DNA of 52,085 bases from a virus (taxonomy: Duplodnaviria > Caudoviricetes): positions 1-52,085 of the IMG/VR virus record IMGVR_UViG_3300014208_001045; one strand, 5' to 3'. A program made the translations under genes and the position numbers. Numbering within the stretch: position 1 is the stretch's first letter; the number at the start of each line of letters is the position of its first letter. The notes under the pieces were generated by a model, which was not told the DNA's origin, did not search any database, and saw only the letters and a program-made list of their open reading frames with translations. Shown one piece after another: positions 35,802 to 45,697 of the stretch.

Positions 35802-38654
35802 ATGTCAAAGTATCAAGTTACCGGTTATAACTATTACATGTCGTGGGGTATCGGCATTTGTCTTGGCCCGGTAGATGAATTATTAACCGTTTTTCGAAAT
35901 GAAGACATTGTCTGGTCGGGAAATCTTGTTCGTCCTGTCAGCGGAGGGCAGGAGACTATTTCAATTCCCGGTATGGGAACAATGATCTTCTTTTTTGGGA
36001 CAGATGATCAAGTAGCAGACTCTACGGTCGGTACTATTATTGGAGATGCCACTCTCAACACTCCTTACCGCGGTCTCTGCTGGGCGTATTTCAAGGACTG
36101 CTTCATTGGAACATATAATCGGATGCCGACGATGAGATTCATTGTCCGGAAAACTCCGACTCAAACTTTTTCGGCAAATAATCGCATTGGAGACTACAAT
36201 TATAATCCGGCTCATAGCCTTTGGTATATTTTAAATACTATGGCTGGATTGCCGACGACCTGGCTTGACGAAACTGGTTTTGCCGCTCTTGCATCTACAT
36301 TGAGCACAGAGATAAGAGGAATAAGTATATGTTTTGCAGAGCAAAAGACTGCTCTTGATTATGTCGGGAGTGTTAATACTCATATTGACGGACTTCTTCG
36401 ATATGGGGGAGATGGCAAATTCCATCCGAAATTACTCAGATATGATTATACTGCCGCCAGTCTGCCTTTGATTGACGAAGATGTTTATATGGAGTCTCCA
36501 ACTTTTGAAAGAGGTAGCTGGATTGATACACAAAATGAATTAAAGATTCAATATAGTGAAATAACAAAGACTGATAATGTGTGGTATATAAATGGGTCTC
36601 GTTGGGGAGGATCTGTTGTTACGGTCGGGACTGGAGACTATGATTTTGACAATATTACTGACGCCTTGACTGATCTTGCAGGCGAATCAGCTTTGCTTTT
36701 AATTTATGATGGAGATTATAGTGATGAAGATATTTATCCTACTCAGAACGGGCAGGCTCTTTATGTCCGTGGAATGGGAACGAGTTATTCAGATGTGATT
36801 GTCAGAAGAGCGGCTCAGTCTACATATACTTCTTGTATCATGATTTTGGAATGGGTTACGATCAAAGCGGCTTCTGGCAATGGTTGTATTGAACCAAATG
36901 TCTCCGGCTGTTCTTTTCATGTTAATAAATGCGCATTAATTCCATTGCCTTTTGGGTTTTTGGTTTTTACTAATCAACAACCAATTACTCCTACTTTATT
37001 GAAGTTTACCTATTGTCTTTTAGACCCTGGTCTTTATGACTGGGATTTTTATGCCTGGAATGATAATTTAAGCGTTGCTACTACTTATATGAGTCGCGTT
37101 TGGCGGACTTGTGGCCCGATTTATTGTGGCTGGTCTCTTTATGGATGTGTAGGTAGTTTTGCTCAAGATGATACAAGCTACACTTTTAAAGAGGCTGATG
37201 CTCCTGACGGGTATGGGCCGGATGAAGGATCTTTTATAATCTCTGCCGTAGCTATGAGCAGAGGAGGCGTTGACATTAAACAATCTACGGCTTCTCCGAT
37301 TGGCTTAGATATCGGCAATAAAAATATTCAAAACAGGATTGTCTCCAGGACTCTTCAGTTACCTCTTTTTACAACAAATGCTTGTGCTGTTTGGGCCGGG
37401 AGACAGATTCTTTTGAAATTGTCTTATCCCTTTGCTAATGTTGGTTTTAAAGCAACCCGGGAAGCATTTTTATATGAGGTTGGAGATAACTTTTTGTTTT
37501 CCTGCTTGACATATGGCATTACCAATATGGTTTGTAGAGTTGTCAGGATAACAGAAGAAGGGCCCGAGAGCGAGGAAATTAATATCGAAGCAGTAGAGGA
37601 TTGGTTTTCAGGAGCTAATCTTGTCACGGAATATGAGGTACCCACATTTTATAATCTTTTACCGGAACAATATATTGTCTTGCCTCTTCAAAATCAGAGA
37701 ATTATTGAAGCCCCTTATGCTTTGATTTCCAGCGAGATTAATTTGATTCCTTTGGCGAGCAGGAGATTGGCTGGTGATCTTGGTTATAATATTTATATGA
37801 GTGTTGATGGAGGAGTCTCTTATAATTCTTTAGGAGTGGCCGGGGCTTTTCAACCTTTTGGTCTGCTTACTTATGCCTATCCCGAAAATACATTTTCTAT
37901 TGACGACACTGTTGGCATTACGATTGATTTTGAGCAAGACCAGACTTTAGTGGAGACTGTCCCGTGGGCTGATGTTTTTGCCGGGACAAAAAATCTTGCT
38001 CTCCTTGGTGATGAGATTATTTCTTTTCAATCGGTCACTCCAATTACCGCGACTCAATATAAATTGGAAGGGATTATCCGCGGTAGATATGATACTGTTA
38101 GAGAAGATCATCCTGCAGGAGAAGAATTTTATGTTCTCCAGTCGAATGAATTGACCTTGTTGACAAATCCTGAAATTATAAGTGGAGCAACGAGAAAATT
38201 TAAGTTTGTTCCTTTCAATGCCAGAGAAGAAGGAGAGATTGTTGATGCGACTGTTATAACCTTGGCGATTGCAGGAAGAATGTATACTCCATATAAACCG
38301 ACAAATTTTCTTGCTAATGGAGGAGATTTTAACGCCAGATATAGCGGAGATATTGTTTTGACATGGAATGCCAGGTATAGAGGCAAAGGAGCCGGCCTTG
38401 GCATTCCAGGGGTTGTTTTAGCAGAATCTGATTACGAAGGATATTTTAGCGTTGATGTTTATATTGATGCCGTTTTACATCGCCAAGTAACCGATATTGA
38501 TGCCTTGACTTGGACTTATACGGCGGCGATGAATGCGTCAGATACCGGGGGAGACTTGGCCCCAAGTGTGACTTTTAGATTGTTTAATTTCCGTCTTGAA
38601 AACGGAGTGACTTTTACCTCTCCATATTCAGAGGTAACATGTAAAAAGAGTTAA
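35802..38654 (+). CDS. Tail tip/host-specificity protein (phage-tail_3/gpJ-like) with an inserted ~235-aa domain
   Basis: GICLGPVD, PYRGL, NPAH, KLLRYDY, EVGD.F, GDEIISF...IRGRYDT..H motifs. Confidence 0.85.
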   Translation: MSKYQVTGYNYYMSWGIGICLGPVDELLTVFRNEDIVWSGNLVRPVSGGQETISIPGMGTMIFFFGTDDQVADSTVGTIIGDATLNTPYRGLCWAYFKDCFIGTYNRMPTMRFIVRKTPTQTFSANNRIGDYNYNPAHSLWYILNTMAGLPTTWLDETGFAALASTLSTEIRGISICFAEQKTALDYVGSVNTHIDGLLRYGGDGKFHPKLLRYDYTAASLPLIDEDVYMESPTFERGSWIDTQNELKIQYSEITKTDNVWYINGSRWGGSVVTVGTGDYDFDNITDALTDLAGESALLLIYDGDYSDEDIYPTQNGQALYVRGMGTSYSDVIVRRAAQSTYTSCIMILEWVTIKAASGNGCIEPNVSGCSFHVNKCALIPLPFGFLVFTNQQPITPTLLKFTYCLLDPGLYDWDFYAWNDNLSVATTYMSRVWRTCGPIYCGWSLYGCVGSFAQDDTSYTFKEADAPDGYGPDEGSFIISAVAMSRGGVDIKQSTASPIGLDIGNKNIQNRIVSRTLQLPLFTTNACAVWAGRQILLKLSYPFANVGFKATREAFLYEVGDNFLFSCLTYGITNMVCRVVRITEEGPESEEINIEAVEDWFSGANLVTEYEVPTFYNLLPEQYIVLPLQNQRIIEAPYALISSEINLIPLASRRLAGDLGYNIYMSVDGGVSYNSLGVAGAFQPFGLLTYAYPENTFSIDDTVGITIDFEQDQTLVETVPWADVFAGTKNLALLGDEIISFQSVTPITATQYKLEGIIRGRYDTVREDHPAGEEFYVLQSNELTLLTNPEIISGATRKFKFVPFNAREEGEIVDATVITLAIAGRMYTPYKPTNFLANGGDFNARYSGDIVLTWNARYRGKGAGLGIPGVVLAESDYEGYFSVDVYIDAVLHRQVTDIDALTWTYTAAMNASDTGGDLAPSVTFRLFNFRLENGVTFTSPYSEVTCKKS

Positions 38655-38666
38655 AGGGAGGATTTT

Positions 38667-40826
38667 ATGGCGACTGATAAATACGATTTACATACCATTG
38701 ATTATTCTGTTCAGGGCTGGGATTCCATTTTACAGACAGATATGGAAAAACTTGACGAAGTCATTCCCTCCCGGGAGATTGTTGTTGTCGGGGAGACGGT
38801 CGCTACTTATGATTTTTTGTGTTTTAGTAATTCAGATAACAAGTGGTATAAAGCAAAGGCGGATGGAACTTTGCAACCTGCTCATGGAATATCTTTGGCC
38901 ACAGCGGCGACAAATGATTCGATTAGAATTCAACGAATGGGTACGATTCTTAATACTGCCTGGTCATGGGCGACATTGGGAGTTCCTGTTTATCTCCATG
39001 GCTCTACAGCTGGATCTTGTACTCTTGTTAAACCGGCTTCAAACGTTCAAATAGTTGGTTATGCGCTTGCTTCGGACTCTATGCTTGTTGAAATTGAATA
39101 TGGATCTCTTGGTTTGGAAGGGGAGACAGGAACCGGGGCTTTGGTGAGAGCAGTCAGTCCGGTTTTGACGACTCCGCGGTTTGTGACTCCAACTTTGGGA
39201 GCGGCGGCAAGCGGGACTTTGGACAATTGTGTCTCCAATACAGAGGCGGATAATAATAGTTCAACGCAATTGGCGACTACAAAATTTGTAAAAAAAGAAA
39301 TTGGAGTTCTTGTAAGAAAACCAGATCAAGCAGTGAATTTAACTTATGCGGCTTCGGGTAGTTCGGGAATCACTGTTGCAAATAACGATAATATCAATTC
39401 TGGAATTGGAAATTTTACGCAGGTTTGGCGGGGTAGAATACCAGATTGGACACCTGGCGGTATAGCATCCTTTTTCTTATCGAAAATTCAGGATGGTAAT
39501 AATCAAGTAACTTTTTGGATAGAAAGCGATGCAAAGTTTCAATATTATCATTCAAAGACAGGTGGGGTAACTGTCTTTGAAAAAGGGATTGTAGCTATTT
39601 CAAAGCCAGACGGGACAGAGGTAGAAATAGCAATGGTAGTAACAAGGGAATCTGTTTCTGTGGCAGGATCTGTCAATTTTTATATTGATGGAGTACTACA
39701 TGATACTCTTGTAATTGATGCGGGTATTCCGGCAGATATTTCCAACACAGGATCGCTATATATATTAGGCACGGCAAGTCTCCGCAATTCAGGCGCTTGT
39801 AGTTTTGCCGCTCACTATAATCGGGCCCTCAGTGCGGCAGAAGTCCTTGATCTTTACAGAAACGGAGTGGCTTGGGCTGACAAGTGGGGAAGTCAGATAA
39901 GTTTAAATTTGGCGGCAATGGTAAATAATGGCACTTACTCCTATCCCGTTTTTAGTGGCGCGTCAATAACTGGTTTTCATGCGGAGAGCGATGGCTCTGC
40001 TGTTCATGCGGCTAATACTACTGATGCTATTTTGTATGAAGCTGGTTTAAAATATAGAATATTTTTTAATTTGGCAAAAACCAGTGGAAGTTTCCCTTCT
40101 TTTCAACCAGCTATAGACGAAGCCGGAACCCTGTTGTCTGGTGCCGCGACGCAGACTGCGGTAGAAGGAGTAAATTCTTATGAGTTTATTGCTGGAGAAA
40201 CAACAACCGGGCTTATTTTATGGTATAACAGTTCAACATCCGCCACTTATACGGTCTCCGATTTTTCAATTGTTCAAATTGGAGCGGTTCTTGATCTTGA
40301 ACCTGAAGGGATTAATGAGATTGATTGGCAAGACGCTTCTTCAAATGGTCTTGACGCTACTTATCCGACTTCGGGTTCAAGTCTTACCAGGCAAGTAAGA
40401 TCTATTGGGTTGGCTTCTCCTGAGCCAATAGGAGAGACTTTAGCCGATACTATCAGGGGTAAAAATAAGGAGATCTTTGTAACTGCGTCTGCTTCTTTGT
40501 CTACTCAAGATTGTTGTGGGACTATTATCAGCAATTATGGAATGACTGATGCCGATTGCTTGATAGAGCTTCCAGCGGCTCAGGCCGGTTTGGCTTTTGT
40601 CGCTATTCTCCCAGCGGTGCAGGCAAGATATGTCAGATTTCAAACTAAACAGGCAGAGACAGATAAAATTTATTTGCTTGGAGTGGCCGGGACTGACGAC
40701 GGCTATGTTGGGGTTGCTTCCGGTTATGCTACCGGAGCGGCCGCTTCTTTCTTTTGCTTTAAAGCGAGCGATGGTGGATACGATTGGTATGTTGTACCAA
40801 TATTCGGGACATGGGTGGCAGGATGA
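38667..40826 (+). CDS. Tail fibre/spike protein with LamG-like (concanavalin) domain
   Basis: GTGALV.A.SP.L.TP, QLATTKFV, FYIDGV, YNRALSAAEV.DLY motifs. Confidence 0.8.
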   Translation: MATDKYDLHTIDYSVQGWDSILQTDMEKLDEVIPSREIVVVGETVATYDFLCFSNSDNKWYKAKADGTLQPAHGISLATAATNDSIRIQRMGTILNTAWSWATLGVPVYLHGSTAGSCTLVKPASNVQIVGYALASDSMLVEIEYGSLGLEGETGTGALVRAVSPVLTTPRFVTPTLGAAASGTLDNCVSNTEADNNSSTQLATTKFVKKEIGVLVRKPDQAVNLTYAASGSSGITVANNDNINSGIGNFTQVWRGRIPDWTPGGIASFFLSKIQDGNNQVTFWIESDAKFQYYHSKTGGVTVFEKGIVAISKPDGTEVEIAMVVTRESVSVAGSVNFYIDGVLHDTLVIDAGIPADISNTGSLYILGTASLRNSGACSFAAHYNRALSAAEVLDLYRNGVAWADKWGSQISLNLAAMVNNGTYSYPVFSGASITGFHAESDGSAVHAANTTDAILYEAGLKYRIFFNLAKTSGSFPSFQPAIDEAGTLLSGAATQTAVEGVNSYEFIAGETTTGLILWYNSSTSATYTVSDFSIVQIGAVLDLEPEGINEIDWQDASSNGLDATYPTSGSSLTRQVRSIGLASPEPIGETLADTIRGKNKEIFVTASASLSTQDCCGTIISNYGMTDADCLIELPAAQAGLAFVAILPAVQARYVRFQTKQAETDKIYLLGVAGTDDGYVGVASGYATGAAASFFCFKASDGGYDWYVVPIFGTWVAG

Positions 40827-42013
40827 TAAAATTATTTCAAATGATCATAGGAGCAACGGAAAGTACAGCGCCTTCGGGAGATCTTATTAATTTTCTTTTG
40901 GCAAGTACTTGGGCGACTGTCAATTCAGATCCGTGGGGGTACCCTGCGGCATATACAATCGACGAAGATCTTTCTACTTTTTGGCATACAGATTCAGGCA
41001 CTTTTCCAAACTGGATTGAGTTTGATCTTGGTGCGGGAAATGAAAAAGCCGCCGGAGACATTATTCTGGCGACAAGAGATTCGGGAGATCAACATTATTG
41101 GAAAGATTTTAAGCTTCAGGGGAGTAGCAGTGGTACTCCGTGGACGGATATTTTTGTTATAGAGGATTATGACCGTTATGCAAATGGGGTTCCTCAGTTC
41201 TTTCCAAATTCGGATATAACAACATATAGGTATTTTAGATTTTATATAACTCAAACAAGTTCTACTTATTGTTGCATGGGAGAAGTTATGTTGTTTGAGA
41301 ATGAGACTCCCGGAGGAGCTGGTCTTGATTCTTATACAACATCATTAATGCATTTTAATAAGCCGTATAATTTTTATACTTGGCAACTTTTGAGAGACGA
41401 AGCCTCCTATACAGCGGCGACTTTTAATAATTTGCCTCTTTGGTTTGCATCAGCGGCTAATGTGGCTACTTTTGATACAACGATTAAAAAGTTTGGCAAT
41501 TCGAGTTTATATCTTGACGGGACACAAGATGCTCCTTTTTATTTGTGGCCGTATGGAACCTTTGATGGTTTTACTGTTGCAACGGGAAATTTTTGCATAG
41601 AGATTCAGGTAGCGGTACAAGAACTTTTGGCTCACGATCAGTATATTTTCTCCGCCGCCGGACTTGGTTATTTATGTTATACAAGCGCCGGAACCGTAGT
41701 GGCGAATCTCGAAATTTCTACTGATCCTTGGAATCTCACGCTGACATCTTCGGTGGCGCTTTCTGCGGATTCAGAGTTTAATCATATTGCGGTGGTGAGA
41801 TATGGAGACAATCTGTTTTTGTATATACAAGGGGCTTCTGTGGCGACAAAGGATTGTACTGGAAAATCAGTTGGGCCTTATTGGGGTACTCCTTGGTTTG
41901 GTGGCAGTGGAGGAGCAAGTAGTAGTATGAAGGGCTGGTTAGATGAATGGAGATTTTCAAAAGGTACAGCAAGATACACCGGAGAATTTACTCCTCCAAC
42001 AGAGGAGTTTTAA
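40823..42013 (+). CDS. Receptor-binding protein: F5/8 type C (discoidin) plus LamG domains
   Basis: FWHT..PNWIEFDLG, KDFKLQGS..W, YRYFRFYI; KFGNSSLYLDG, HIAVVR, GWLDEWRFSKG.ARY..F.PP; ATGA-coupled start at 40823. Confidence 0.85.
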   Translation: MIKLFQMIIGATESTAPSGDLINFLLASTWATVNSDPWGYPAAYTIDEDLSTFWHTDSGTFPNWIEFDLGAGNEKAAGDIILATRDSGDQHYWKDFKLQGSSSGTPWTDIFVIEDYDRYANGVPQFFPNSDITTYRYFRFYITQTSSTYCCMGEVMLFENETPGGAGLDSYTTSLMHFNKPYNFYTWQLLRDEASYTAATFNNLPLWFASAANVATFDTTIKKFGNSSLYLDGTQDAPFYLWPYGTFDGFTVATGNFCIEIQVAVQELLAHDQYIFSAAGLGYLCYTSAGTVVANLEISTDPWNLTLTSSVALSADSEFNHIAVVRYGDNLFLYIQGASVATKDCTGKSVGPYWGTPWFGGSGGASSSMKGWLDEWRFSKGTARYTGEFTPPTEEF

Positions 42014-42029
42014 TTAGGAGACATTTGAC

Positions 42030-42461
42030 ATGAGATACATATTTATTTTTGTCTTGGCTTTGATAATGCTTTCTTCTCCTATAGGCATGGCCAAAGACGT
42101 TGACTTGAGACAACATTTAGAAATGCTGATTGCCGAGAGGATAAAAAACTTAGACTTACGCTTTGAAGCGGCTGAGCTGGCAGTTAAGATCGCAAGTGAA
42201 AATCTTCAAAGAGAACTTAGTAAACTTAATGAGCTTCGACAGGAAGTGGTTAAGGATAGAAGCCTGTTTGTTACTAATGACTATTTTACTTCAAAGATGG
42301 CCAGTCTGGATAAGGAGATAGCACAACTGAGGGAGCGCCAAATAGCCACAGAGACAAAGGCCGCAACTTGGGTAATTGCTCTTGGAGTATTCTTTGCAAT
42401 TATCCAGTTGACACTTAGTTATTTAACCAAAAGAAAATCATTCAGGAGAGAGGACTGCTAA
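42030..42461 (+). CDS. Membrane protein with coiled coil (holin/spanin-like candidate)
   Basis: N-terminal signal/TM segment, central coiled coil, C-terminal TM segment. Confidence 0.6.
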   Translation: MRYIFIFVLALIMLSSPIGMAKDVDLRQHLEMLIAERIKNLDLRFEAAELAVKIASENLQRELSKLNELRQEVVKDRSLFVTNDYFTSKMASLDKEIAQLRERQIATETKAATWVIALGVFFAIIQLTLSYLTKRKSFRREDC

Positions 42462-42904
42462 TGGAGATCGGAGCCGGTACGTTAACTGTTGTTGGCCTGC
42501 TGATTGGTATTGTACAGGGATTGAATGCGATTGTTCTTTCGGGCGTTGGCACAAAGATTAAAACTCTTTGTACAGAAAATAGGGAAGATCATAAAGACAT
42601 TTATGACAAGATATCCACAGCAACAAAAGAATTTCAAACAATTAAAGGGTGCGATAGTAAGTCTCTATTATGTAATCATAATAGAGATGAAAAGGTTTTG
42701 TTAAGACTTTCTCTTCTTGATACTGCAAATGGTAAGGCAAATACCGTCTTGCAAGAAAGGAGATATGAGCAAGACCAGATAGATGGAGAAAGAAGGACTA
42801 TCCTTTCGGAAAAACTTGACATCATTGCAAAGGGCCAGGTGGCAATGGTGTCAAGTTTTGAGTCGCTGGCGAAGTCTATTTCGAAAGATAAAGGAGAGCA
42901 TTGA
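42461..42904 (+). CDS. Membrane-anchored hypothetical protein (holin-like candidate)
   Basis: N-terminal TM segment; directly upstream of the endolysin. Confidence 0.55.
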   Translation: MEIGAGTLTVVGLLIGIVQGLNAIVLSGVGTKIKTLCTENREDHKDIYDKISTATKEFQTIKGCDSKSLLCNHNRDEKVLLRLSLLDTANGKANTVLQERRYEQDQIDGERRTILSEKLDIIAKGQVAMVSSFESLAKSISKDKGEH

Positions 42905-42907
42905 TAA

Positions 42908-43321
42908 ATGTATAAATGTGAGTATTTTAAAATTTATGAACTTGTCCCGAAGGCGTATTATGAGGGTTATCCAGAATATAAATTGTGGTGGCTTTTTGAT
43001 GACAGAGCTTTAATGACTTTGGATTTGTTAAGAAAGCAGTATGGTAAAATTGTTGCTAACGATTGGTACTTTGGAGGAATATATCAGGAGCGTGGAATTA
43101 GGCCGGAAGATTCAATTACGGGAGCATTATTCAGTCAACATAAATACGGGAGAGCTTTTGATCTGAAATTTAAAGATATTCCTGTCGGTGTGGTTAGGCA
43201 GGATTGTATCGCAAAAAGATATGATTGCTTTAAATACATTACTGCGATAGAGATAGAGGTAAGCTGGTTTCATTTTGATACCAGAAATAATACAGGAGAT
43301 TTAATAACTTTTAAAAAGTGA
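42908..43321 (+). CDS. Endolysin, Zn peptidase M15 family
   Basis: FKIYELVP, RGIR, SQHKYGRAFD and WFHFD metal-ligand motifs. Confidence 0.85.
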   Translation: MYKCEYFKIYELVPKAYYEGYPEYKLWWLFDDRALMTLDLLRKQYGKIVANDWYFGGIYQERGIRPEDSITGALFSQHKYGRAFDLKFKDIPVGVVRQDCIAKRYDCFKYITAIEIEVSWFHFDTRNNTGDLITFKK

Positions 43322-43329
43322 GGTGAATT

Positions 43330-43662
43330 ATGTTCAAAAAAATTGCTTTGTTTTTATGTTTGATTTTAATTGTCCCGGTCTCTGCTTCGGCGGTAGACAT
43401 CTGGTTTGACTGGACTCCCGTTATTGGAGCTACGGGGTATTTGATGACCACTTCGACGGATCTTGGAGTAACCTGGAGTACTCCTGTTGATATGAAGTTG
43501 GTGAAGCCATATAAATTTGTAGGAGCCCCGGAGGATAAACTGGTTTTCTTTAAACTCGGTGTCTACAAGGGAACAGATATTGTCTGGAATAATTGGGCGG
43601 GTTGTTGGTATGATAACCGGCTCAAGACGATATTCCCGACTGGTTTTGTTATTATTAACTGA
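43330..43662 (+). CDS. Secreted protein with signal peptide (FN3-like beta domain)
   Basis: MFKKIALFLCLILIVPVSASA|V signal; W.PV.GATGY motif. Confidence 0.7.
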   Translation: MFKKIALFLCLILIVPVSASAVDIWFDWTPVIGATGYLMTTSTDLGVTWSTPVDMKLVKPYKFVGAPEDKLVFFKLGVYKGTDIVWNNWAGCWYDNRLKTIFPTGFVIIN

Positions 43663-43722
43663 TAAGATCTCCTTATGAATAATGAAGGAGAGTTTAACAA
43701 CTTAAAGGAAAGGAGGAATCAG

Positions 43723-44082
43723 ATGTACTCAAGAAAAATGAAGTTAATCATTTTGTTATTTTTACTGGTATTTGTGGCGGCATGTTCGTCATGCGCTTGG
43801 TTTGAGGCACAGACGAAGATGAATCCCAAACAACAGGCTATCGTGTGGATGGGTATTTATAATTCAGTCTACGACGATACATTGGCAGTAGCAAAGAATC
43901 CTATGTCTTCAATCGCACAAAAAGAAGTGGCGGAGAAAAAGAGAGTTATATTGACTCAGGTTTGGCCACTTATGAAGGTGTATATTTCAGTACTTGAAGG
44001 CGGCGGGACTCCGACGTTAACCCAAACTGCGGCGATTACAGATCTTATTAATCAGCTCGCATTACTGGCAGGAGGTGTTTAA
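43723..44082 (+). CDS. Lipoprotein (spanin or exclusion candidate)
   Basis: AGGAGG RBS; basic N-terminus, hydrophobic core, lipobox VAAC. Confidence 0.7.
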   Translation: MYSRKMKLIILLFLLVFVAACSSCAWFEAQTKMNPKQQAIVWMGIYNSVYDDTLAVAKNPMSSIAQKEVAEKKRVILTQVWPLMKVYISVLEGGGTPTLTQTAAITDLINQLALLAGGV

Positions 44083-44264
44083 TGGAGACAGCAGTCGTAA
44101 TGGCTATAACGGAGCTTTTAAAACTTTCTATGCAGGTTTATGCTTCTTATTTGGCGCAGGCCGGTAAGACCGAAGCGGAGATAGAGGCTATTTTCCAGGA
44201 AGCCAAGAAAGGAATGTTTGAGAGAGATCCGGCCAATATCCCTGTTTTTACGAAACCGGCGTAG
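44082..44264 (+). CDS. Small helical protein coupled to the lipoprotein
   Basis: GGAGG RBS, TAATG coupling. Confidence 0.65.
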   Translation: METAVVMAITELLKLSMQVYASYLAQAGKTEAEIEAIFQEAKKGMFERDPANIPVFTKPA

Positions 44265-44312
44265 GCAATAGACCGGGATAATAATAAGCCGGGATAGAAC
44301 AAAGGAGAAATC

Positions 44313-44522
44313 ATGTCTCTTCTAAGTTTAATAATTACATTGGTAGTGGTCGCCTTAATACTGGGGTTGATTAACTGGGTAGCAAGCCAGTACCCTACTA
44401 TTCTGGACGCAAAGATTATTAAAATTCTTAACATTGCCATAGTTATAATTGTGGCAATATGGTTGATCGGCGTTCTGCTTGGAGGGTGGGGAGGTATCGG
44501 ATCAATCAGGGTAGGGAGATAA
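44313..44522 (+). CDS. Small 2-TM membrane protein (Thivi_2564-like)
   Basis: MSLLSLIITLVVVALILGLINW...IKILNIAIVIIVAIWL...IRVGR. Confidence 0.75.
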   Translation: MSLLSLIITLVVVALILGLINWVASQYPTILDAKIIKILNIAIVIIVAIWLIGVLLGGWGGIGSIRVGR

Positions 44523-44526
44523 TGAA

Positions 44527-44925
44527 ATGAATCGCATGTCGACTGGGATGCAATTTGCTCTTATAGTGATGCTTCTTGCTTTTTTATATTTATTTTGCTC
44601 AACTTTTGTTCCTATGACAAAAGACGGGGCAGAATCATCTAAGACGATTAACCCTTTTATGCTTTCAACTGTTGTTGGGACTATTTTGTATTTTTATTTT
44701 GGCAAGAAACATGAGAACCAGTCTCCTGAATATTTATCTGCTCTGGAGAAAAAAGCAATGGAAGAGGCCGTCAAAGCAGAAGAAGAAAGGATAAAGGTGG
44801 CCAGATCTCTTGCGATTGACCAGGAGAAGACTCGACTTGATGCGGCAAAGACATCTGCATCTGTAGTTGCGGAAGACATAGTTAACTCGACTGAAGAAGA
44901 ATGCGAAAAAGATCAAAAGAAGTAG
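44527..44925 (+). CDS. 2-TM membrane protein, holin-like
   Basis: Two TM segments ending in YFYFG, charged C-terminal tail. Confidence 0.65.
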   Translation: MNRMSTGMQFALIVMLLAFLYLFCSTFVPMTKDGAESSKTINPFMLSTVVGTILYFYFGKKHENQSPEYLSALEKKAMEEAVKAEEERIKVARSLAIDQEKTRLDAAKTSASVVAEDIVNSTEEECEKDQKK

Positions 44926-44940
44926 TTGTTGATTGACTTT

Positions 44941-44994
44941 AAAACAATTATGGCCATTGTCTCTATATTAATGACAATGGCCATAATTGGTTTT
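44941..44994. terminator. Bidirectional terminator-like inverted repeat at the end of the late operon
   Basis: Perfect 17-bp CAATTATGGCCATTGTC 44945-61 / GACAATGGCCATAATTG 44973-89, flanked by AAAA and TTTT, between convergent genes. Confidence 0.8.
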
Positions 44995-45178
44995 AATCTT
45001 TGGCTTTGATCCTTAATATTTCCATGCCCCTTTTTATAGATGAGTCTGCGTTTTTGTAATGGGCGCCGTCTCCGCATAATACCCGAATTTTTGCGATGTG
45101 ATAAGGTTGCCCATATTCCCGCGCGTATTTTTTTAGCCAGTTAATTGCCGCGTATTTGTCAACATGATCCTGTCCCAT
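44993..45178 (-). CDS. Small hypothetical protein, the only credible minus-strand gene
   Basis: AAGGAGACAAAAATG RBS/start on the minus strand, like those of the early genes. Confidence 0.7.
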   Translation of the reverse strand: MGQDHVDKYAAINWLKKYAREYGQPYHIAKIRVLCGDGAHYKNADSSIKRGMEILRIKAKD

Positions 45179-45262
45179 TTTTGTCTCCTTTGTTTGAGGG
45201 TTGATTATGTCGTAATAATAAAGGATCTAATTGACAAAAACAACAAGATTTTGCGGCTCCCG

Positions 45263-45530
45263 GCCGGATCGTAAAAGCCCCTTGTGGCTCTATCACATCC
45301 TGTTTAAAGCCCCTCAGATAAAGATCCGCCCTTTTATCCGCCCCTTGATTTGATCAAGCCTTGTAAATTAGGACAATTTAATGCCGGATCGGCCCTTGTT
45401 TTACCCTTTATTTTGCCCCTTTTAGCCCCGTCAGATCGCGTTTAACCCTTGATAAATAAAGATCCGCCCATTTATATGCCCTTTTATGAATCCTTTGATT
45501 TGATCAATTTTAAGGATTTTGGGACAATAA
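45263..45530. repeat. Two imperfect ~120-150 bp tandem units in the non-coding control region
   Basis: GCCGGATCG 45263/45383; ATAAAGATCCGCCC 45318/45456; TTGATTTGATCAA 45345/45495; GGACAAT 45371/45522. Confidence 0.8.
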
Positions 45531-45662
45531 AGCCGTATAAAGCTAACTCTTTGAATTTATTAGTTATATATGATATCCCGCTTTTTTAGGATATCTGCGA
45601 TAAGTCTTTGAAATTATTCGCAATAATAATTGAAAAAAAACAGTCTTTTTTTACCTTTTTTC

Positions 45663-45691
45663 TTGCCTTTCGCCTTTTTATCCTTTATAAA
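45663..45691 (+). promoter_or_regulatory. Sigma70-like early promoter
   Basis: TTGCCT-17 bp-TATAAA with A/T-tract UP-like element upstream. Confidence 0.6.
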
Positions 45692-45697
45692 GGGGGC

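Noticed and set aside
35787-35804. In-frame TGA TAA between two tail genes as a nonsense mutation, readthrough or recoded stop
   Set aside because: There are two different consecutive stops, this split arrangement is common in such tail modules, and TGA, TAA and TAG all act as normal stops elsewhere.
38667-42013. Diversity-generating retroelement targeting the fibres
   Set aside because: No reverse transcriptase and no TR/VR repeat pair seen in the window.
45263-45530. Repeats as a mini-CRISPR or att site
   Set aside because: Only two degenerate units with short conserved blocks; no integrase or tRNA nearby.
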